A DNA stretch of 12,150 nt from Octopus sinensis. Lineage: Eukaryota. Shown here piece by piece: positions 8,421 through 12,150 of the stretch. Each line of letters opens with the position of its first letter. Within the stretch, counting starts at the first letter, position 1. The DNA lies in assembly GCF_006345805.1 (NCBI RefSeq), contig NW_021826601.1, positions 1-12,150 of the forward strand. The letters are read 5' to 3'. Both the position numbers and the translations under genes were made by a program. Below the pieces are notes generated by a model. The model made no database searches and had not been told where the DNA came from. It saw only the letters and a program-made list of their open reading frames with translations.

Positions 8421-8529
8421 TGATGGATTTAAACAAGCTTTCAGTGAGTGAGACAATAAAAGATCCAAGCAAAACAGTCCGCCGACCGATATGTCATGGA
8501 GTACCCAAAATGGAGGGGTGGACTGTTGC

Positions 8530-8893
8530 TGATGAAAATGATGACGACGACGACGACGACGATGATGTGCAGGAGGAATTTGGTGTGGTGGTGGTGGTGG
8601 TGGTGGTGGTGGTGGTGGTGGCGGTGCCAGTGATGGCTATGATGATGGTGAAGACGACGAGGACGATGTCGTCGAAGATGATGATGATGATAATAATAAC
8701 GATGATAATGATAATAATGATGATGATAATGATGATGGCGACGATGATGATGAAGATGAAATGGAGGATGGAAGTAGTGCTGGTGGTGGTGGTATTGTTG
8801 ATGGTGTTCGTAGTGGTGGTAATGGTGGTAGAGGTAGTGGTGATGGTAGTGGTGGTGGCGGTGATGGCGATGATGATGATAATGGTATTGTTA

Positions 8894-8924
<31 letters not shown>

Positions 8925-9001
8925 CGACGACGACGACGACGACGACGACGATGATGATGATGATGATGATGGTGGTGGTGATGGTGGAGAGGGGTTGATG
9001 A

Positions 9002-9035
<34 letters not shown>

Positions 9036-9295
9036 GATGGTAGTGGTGGTGGTGATAATGATGATGATGATGAGGATGATGAGGAGGAGGATGATGATGA
9101 GGATGATGACGATGATGATGATGATGGGGGTGGTGGTGGTGGTGTTTGGTGGTGGTGGTGGTGGTGGTGGTGGTGGTGGTGTTGATGATGATGATGATGA
9201 TGATGATGAAAAGGAGGAGGAGGAGGAGGAGGAGGAGGAGACAGAAAAGAAACTCACGATCATGATGATGATGGTAATGATGATCATGATCTGCA
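8530..9295. repeat. Compound trinucleotide array, G/T-rich on plus: (GAT)/(GAC)/(GGT)/(GAG)n
   Basis: Directly visible; it explains the overlapping homopolymeric ORFs in the supplied track. Confidence 0.92.
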
Positions 9296-9639
9296 GTTGG
9301 GTGTAGAAGGGATACTGGCATGATGGCGCCACAGCTGCTTCATAAATTTTATAGCTGCTAAATTGTAATTGAATAAATGCTGTAAACGAAACAAATTTCA
9401 CTTCTTTGCATGAAACAGACAATCAGCACGAAGCAGTCAGCCCAAGAGAATTTTTTTTTTTTTTTTAATAGTGACCCCTAACATTAATCAATATTGGATA
9501 CTGATTAAAATAACAGTATCGAGTGCTGGTGTTGGGGTTGTTAGAGGCTAGAATTGTATCCCGCTATATCTGAAATCATATTTTCTTAATTGAAAAAGGT
9601 GAGGAAATGGTAAGATATCAAAACAAGCCAAATAAACAA

Positions 9640-9805
9640 ACACACGTATGTGCATGCTTGTCCGCACACATGCACACACGCGTGTGTGTGTGTGTGTGTG
9701 TATGTATGCATGCGTGAGTGCGTGTACGTATATATGTATGTGTGTGTATGTTTATATTTATATATGTGTAAATATGTATGTATATGTATAATATATATAT
9801 ATAGA

Positions 9806-9845
<40 letters not shown>

Positions 9846-9896
9846 ATATATATGTATGTATATATATATGTTGTCTGTATATATGTATGTCCTGTA

Positions 9897-9950
<54 letters not shown>

Positions 9951-9987
9951 ATACATATATATATATTATATATATATATGCATTATA

Positions 9988-10081
<94 letters not shown>

Positions 10082-10241
10082 TATATGAATACATTATGTG
10101 TATATACACAAGTCTTCCGGATCTATATTTAATAGTTTTAATGATAGTTTTCATGTAGATTGTGCTTTTAGGACGAGAAGGGTAGGTCTTCATTTCTAAT
10201 ATTTACTCATTTTATTAGTCTACTACCAAGATAACTGAACC

Positions 10242-10299
<58 letters not shown>

Positions 10300-10420
10300 G
10301 TATGTTTCTATATATATGTAGATAGATATGTATAGCGGTTTTAAGTATGTATGTACACGTACGTATTCATATGTGTGTGTGAGTACATGCATACGTGCAT
10401 GTGTTGTTATGTATATGAAT
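9640..10420. repeat. Dinucleotide microsatellite complex (CA)/(TG)/(TA)n
   Basis: Mostly alternating purine-pyrimidine sequence at ~9640-10110 and ~10243-10420, with a perfect (TA)n at 10245-10297. Confidence 0.93.
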
Positions 10421-10817
10421 GTGTAATTTCTTATCTACGTACCAATGTGTGGTAAGCTTGTATATGTATGTGTGTGTGGATGAAAAATGTGCTTCAGCAT
10501 CGGGAATCTATAAGTCACATGACTGTTGAGATGAAGATGGCGAGAATTGAAAGTAGCGATGTCCACATGGGACAAAATAACAAGAAAAGATAGAAAAATC
10601 TAAAAAAAAAAAAACACCCTGAGCAGCAGGAAAAAAAACAAAAAGACAAGTATTTGCTTGTGATTTTTTTTTTATTTTCATTAATTCCAATCACTTTAAC
10701 TGATTGGAATTATTTGAACCATTAATGTTATATTTGGCCTCAAGCAATGTTATTCTTCGATATCCACACTACTAACAGATGTGAAATAATTTCCATTTCT
10801 ATGGAATAAACTGCTTA

Positions 10818-10887
10818 TTGTTGTTGTTGTTGTTGTTGTTGTTTTTGTTGTTTTCGTTATTGAGTTGTTGCTGTTGTTGTTGCTGTT
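10818..10887. repeat. (TTG)n microsatellite
   Basis: Directly visible, degenerating to the right. Confidence 0.9.
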
Positions 10888-11324
10888 AGTGTTTTGGTTG
10901 GGGAAGTGTTTACATTTCCTTGACCGCTTTAGCGCTGCATTTAATCTGTTCCTCTTTGGTCCAAGGTGATTTATTTGACGTCAACAACACCTTTTAATCT
11001 ATCACTTTATTATATGAATGAGAAAATAACAGCGGTGAAAGTATGGGGCAAATGTTACCAACTAAAAATATTTCGAATCTCAAATGCATTGCCATTTATT
11101 AAGAGCCCTCTAACTCTTAAAAGAGTAACAAAAGATGCAATTATTTATTTTTGTTATACAACAGCAAACTTTCATATATATTTTTTCTACACTGTTTGTT
11201 CGAAATAAAATCATCATACATACGATTATAGAAAATATCCTGTCAGGGAAATATCTCAGTAGAAAATGCAACAAGAAGAAAATGAACTTGTTTTGGAATA
11301 GGAGCTGCCTTTATATGTATGCGA

Positions 11325-11744
11325 TTGTGTGTATGTATACACATACACACACACACACATACACACATAACACACACGCTTACACATACACGCTTACACA
11401 CACATATCACAAACATACATGCATATATACATATATATGCACACATATACATACAGGCAAATTTAATAGAGGTCAGAAAAATAACGGAGGGTACTAATTA
11501 GAACCACTTATGCTAAAATTTATTATGTATCTACACACATATATATATACACACACCACAAACACACAGATATACAAAATTCAAAATGGCTGAAGACTAG
11601 CATCACACTTGAAACACAAGAGTAACAACGAATTTAAATCAAACTGTTGACCCATACACACACACACATGCATACACGCACCGCGCACACACACACATAA
11701 TCTATATATAACAATGGCTAGAATAGATGTAATTCGCGATTTTG

Positions 11745-11802
<58 letters not shown>

Positions 11803-12022
11803 CTCTACACTTTTGAAAATCTGATGTGGAAAGGATAAAATATGTTCCTATATTTTAAAACATAATTAAAAAATTCTAATTAATTCTAATTAATTCTCTG
11901 TGCATTTTCAACTTAATCTCCTTTATTCCTCCACTCTTTCGAATTAATAAACAATTTATATGTGTGTGAATGTGTGTGTGCGTATACACACATACACTAC
12001 TACCACGCATACACACACATAT
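11325..12022. repeat. Scattered (CA)n/(TA)n tracts and a short AATTCTAATT tandem
   Basis: CA/TA-rich tracts at ~11325-11455, ~11535-11575, ~11654-11698 and ~11958-12022; perfect (TA)n at 11746-11794; 10-bp tandem at 11872-11897. Confidence 0.85.
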
Positions 12023-12150
12023 ATTATATTATATTGCATTATTTTATTCTATGTATTATAGATATTATAACTGGCACATACTTAAAGTATGGTCTTTGTT
12101 AATTCGCCGGTTCGCTGCATAAAGCGGCTGAAAAACAGCTCCCTTATTGC

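Noticed and set aside
10496-10595. Short plus-strand frame HRESISHMTVEMKMARIESSDVHMGQNNKKR* after a CAG
   Set aside because: Weak acceptor context, too short, and no recognisable homology.
9586-11501. YI/HT/VC-repeat ORFs
   Set aside because: They are translations of (TA)n/(CA)n microsatellites.
12095-12150. Small GC-richer hairpins at the window edge (possible start of another element)
   Set aside because: Too short and cut by the window boundary, so it cannot be classified.

Overview
AT-rich, microsatellite-dense eukaryotic DNA with no intact, identifiable host gene. The SINE types and repeat landscape resemble octopus/coleoid cephalopod DNA (inference from recalled patterns, not a search). 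Bases 1-5065 are a nested retroelement cluster. The (TTA)n tail of a plus-strand SINE is followed by three minus-strand inserts arranged head-to-tail: an unclassified ~530-bp element, a near-full-length decayed R4/Dong-type non-LTR retrotransposon (RT, CCHC knuckle, PD-(D/E)xK restriction-like endonuclease), and a 5'-truncated second copy, with (TAA)n/(TGA)n tracts at the boundaries. Further right are two tRNA-type SINE copies, a 560-bp Buster/Charlie-like hAT deletion derivative with degenerate TIRs and a 7/8 TSD, a 1.1-kb trinucleotide low-complexity block that may hide a broken exon, and long (TA)n/(CA)n tracts. Most ORFs in the supplied track are retroelement fragments, their antisense shadows, or microsatellite artefacts.
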